Assembly (NCBI GenBank): GCA_046758705.1
Contig: JBHIAT010000133.1
Coordinates: forward strand, 1-10,423
Reading direction: 5' to 3'
Source of the DNA: Candidatus Bipolaricaulia bacterium
GTDB taxonomy: Bacteria; Bipolaricaulota; Bipolaricaulia; JBHIAT01
DNA: 10,423 nt
Shown piece by piece: positions 8,422 through 10,423 of this stretch. The notes beneath the pieces were generated by a model. That model made no database searches, was not told the origin of the DNA, and worked only from the letters and a program-made list of their open reading frames with translations. The translations under genes and the position numbers were made by a program. Position 1 is the first letter of the stretch, and every line of letters starts with the position of its first letter.

Positions 8422-8887
8422 GATTCCTCCTTTTTTTCAAGTATAATTGAGGGCTCGGATTCGTTTCAAGGGATGGAGTGCTTGATCTTTGACGCACCTC
8501 AGGAGATACGAGATTTCTCGTTAGTTGGTAGTGATCTCCCAGTCGGCCGTCTGTAAAAACCTTTCCGGCAAATTCCCTCGACTTTGCATAGCGCGGGATT
8601 ACATGTAGATGGACGTGAGAGTCTTGATTCATCAAAAACGCATAGTTGAAGTGATTCGGCTGGAAGAGTTTAGAGAGAGCTTCTTTGACGAGGCGCAGCA
8701 GTTGCCAAAATTCTGCCTGCTCTGCGGAAGTTAATTGGGTCACATCCGTCTCATGTCTCTTGAGCACGAGCATGACCTTTCCCAGATAATTCTGGCTGAA
8801 GTTGACAACGGGATGCCAGTGAGGCCACGATCCCACGAGATCTCGCTCATCCACTTGATCCTGACAAATGTCACATAGCGTGACCAT
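8405..8887 (-). CDS. HIT-family nucleotide hydrolase with a probably aberrant C-terminal tail
   Basis: N-terminal CDIC, then LVLKRH and the histidine triad HVHLHVIPRY. The last ~27 aa run over the next gene's promoter, SD and start codon. Confidence 0.88.
   Translation of the reverse strand: MVTLCDICQDQVDERDLVGSWPHWHPVVNFSQNYLGKVMLVLKRHETDVTQLTSAEQAEFWQLLRLVKEALSKLFQPNHFNYAFLMNQDSHVHLHVIPRYAKSREFAGKVFTDGRLGDHYQLTRNLVSPEVRQRSSTPSLETNPSPQLYLKKRRNRGATR
8440..8469 (-). promoter_or_regulatory. Sigma70-type promoter for the redoxin gene, lying inside the run-on tail of the HIT ORF
   Basis: TTGAAA (8469-8464), 18-nt spacer, TATACT (8445-8440), followed closely by the AAGGAGG SD. Confidence 0.6.
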
Positions 8888-9332
8888 CTCTATAATCTCT
8901 CAGAAAACTCAACAGCTCTTCTTCACTCTCTACGACATAATCCAGTGGGACCTTAACCATCACGTTCAGTTTCATGTCCAGAAACGCCCCTCGCATATCC
9001 GTCTGCAAACCGACAATGAGTCTGTTGGGCTTCTGCAGTTTTTTGTGACAGTAGACGATTCCTAACTCCACACAGGCTCCTTCATCTGGCACTCGGCCGT
9101 CCAAGATAAAGAGAAAAATATCCGACTCCAGCACTTTCTGTTCATCAATCTCAAAGATCACTTTCACGCGCTCTTCCGCTGGCATCTGGTTGTAAGAGGG
9201 CTTTTCGTCCTCAACACCATCTCGCTGGGGCAAAAACACCTCGAACCCCAGAGCTTCCAATTTCTCCGTTAACTCAAGATTAAATCGTTTCTCGGCTTCG
9301 TTGAACAGTGGACCGGCGAAATAGATCAGCAT
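8871..9332 (-). CDS. Nucleoside 2-deoxyribosyltransferase / nucleotide N-glycosidase family (NDT/Rcl/MilB-like)
   Basis: Motifs IYFAGPLF, VFLPQRD, IFEID...ESD, LDGRVPDEGACVELG (catalytic Glu), LNVM. Overlaps the HIT start by 17 nt. Confidence 0.9.
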   Translation of the reverse strand: MLIYFAGPLFNEAEKRFNLELTEKLEALGFEVFLPQRDGVEDEKPSYNQMPAEERVKVIFEIDEQKVLESDIFLFILDGRVPDEGACVELGIVYCHKKLQKPNRLIVGLQTDMRGAFLDMKLNVMVKVPLDYVVESEEELLSFLRDYRDGHAM

Positions 9333-9388
9333 AGCCTATGACTCCATTCAGAGATCTTGACCTTAACTTCAGTAACTTCAATTCCTCG

Positions 9389-10423
9389 CTACATCCCAAT
9401 TTCCACAAGCACGGATGCCACCTGAATCGGCGTGCCTGCTTGCACCGAGCGCCGCACTGCCTCCATGATACCAAAGGTCTCCAAGCCCTCTTCCAAATCC
9501 GGTGAATAGTCGTGCCCCTCTAGCAGAGCTATGGCAAAATACTCAGCATAGTTAGCGAACTCGCCGTAGTGCATACCGTGCACTTCATCGTTGAAATAAT
9601 AGGTGCGTTTGCTATAGAGAAAATCCTCTTTGATCTCACCACCATCGGACCCTGTGTGAAAGTAACGCATGTCATGATACTGGGCCATGCTTGTCCCTTC
9701 GGTGCCATAAAGCACAAGTTCGATCGCATTGCGCGCCGAAGGCAATTCATGCAAGCCATAGTTGCCCATCGCCCGGCCAATACGCTCGTCTGCACTACGG
9801 AAGCTGACGGTATAGATATCAAAGGATTGAACGTCGTATTGGAGAGCTAACGCTGAACGATAGCCGTACGCATGCACCTCCACAATTGGTCCCAAGTACC
9901 AACGCACCAGGTCAATCGGGTGACTCATCCCTAAAAAGGCCCAATCGGTCGTCGAGGTGGCCCAAGGACTTTTGTCATAGAACCAGTCCATGCGGTGGAT
10001 GTAATGGGCGTCGACAAATTCTAGCTCGCCTATCTCGCCCCGTTCGTATGCGCGGTGCTGACATCGAAACGATTCGAAAAAGCGCGTGCTCTGGCCCACC
10101 AAGAGTCTACGATCGGTGCGACGCGCAGCCTCCAACACCTGACGCGCGGCTTCCAGCGAATTGACCAACGGCTTAGTGCAAATCACGTGTTTGCCCGCGG
10201 AAAAAGCCTGAATGATCTGTTCGCCGTGCAATTCGTCCGGAGTATAAATCGCAACAATATCGACATCATCTCGCTTAAGCATCTCGGCATACGAGGTCGT
10301 ATAAAAAAGATCTGGACAGGTGTCTCGTGCCTCCTCGATCTTCTCCTGGCGCAGGTCACAGCCGGCCACTGCACGTACATGATCAGGTGTAAAGCGATTA
10401 CGGTTGAGCGCCACCAACAGAGT
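9389..10423 (-). CDS. Gfo/Idh/MocA family NAD(P)-dependent oxidoreductase (5' end outside the window)
   Basis: Motifs VAGCDL, DVDIVAIYTPDELH, AGKHVICTKPL, GEIGEL, HPIDLVRW. The frame stays open to 10423 and the N-terminal GxG strand is missing, so the true start lies upstream. Confidence 0.9.
   Translation of the reverse strand, partial: TLLVALNRNRFTPDHVRAVAGCDLRQEKIEEARDTCPDLFYTTSYAEMLKRDDVDIVAIYTPDELHGEQIIQAFSAGKHVICTKPLVNSLEAARQVLEAARRTDRRLLVGQSTRFFESFRCQHRAYERGEIGELEFVDAHYIHRMDWFYDKSPWATSTTDWAFLGMSHPIDLVRWYLGPIVEVHAYGYRSALALQYDVQSFDIYTVSFRSADERIGRAMGNYGLHELPSARNAIELVLYGTEGTSMAQYHDMRYFHTGSDGGEIKEDFLYSKRTYYFNDEVHGMHYGEFANYAEYFAIALLEGHDYSPDLEEGLETFGIMEAVRRSVQAGTPIQVASVLVEIGM

Noticed and set aside
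1-10423. CRISPR array, tRNA/rRNA, transposase/integrase, riboswitch
   Set aside because: No spaced repeats or such motifs were seen, and intergenic spaces are all under ~120 bp and largely explained by promoters.

Overview
Bacterial chromosomal window. A GC-rich core (~960-8430) is flanked by lower-GC accessory-looking segments. Core: a 4HBT/YbgC-family thioesterase and pyruvate kinase (pyk) on the minus strand, divergent from carAB (carbamoyl-phosphate synthase). These are followed by an orphan 169-aa gene that turns out to be two tandem ~72-aa repeats, and a convergent thioredoxin-fold (AhpC/TSA, PRX-like) gene. Left flank: a YhcG/DUF1016 PD-(D/E)XK nuclease gene, not in the ORF track and running off the window edge, carries two related in-frame palindromes 300 bp apart. 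It is preceded by a small antitoxin-like ORF interrupted by an in-frame TAG. Right flank: a Gfo/Idh/MocA oxidoreductase, a nucleoside 2-deoxyribosyltransferase-family gene and a HIT hydrolase, whose 3' end runs through the promoter of the redoxin gene. The core is strongly enriched in CGATCG. No RNA genes, CRISPR arrays or transposases were recognised. All family calls come from motifs read by eye; no database searches were run.
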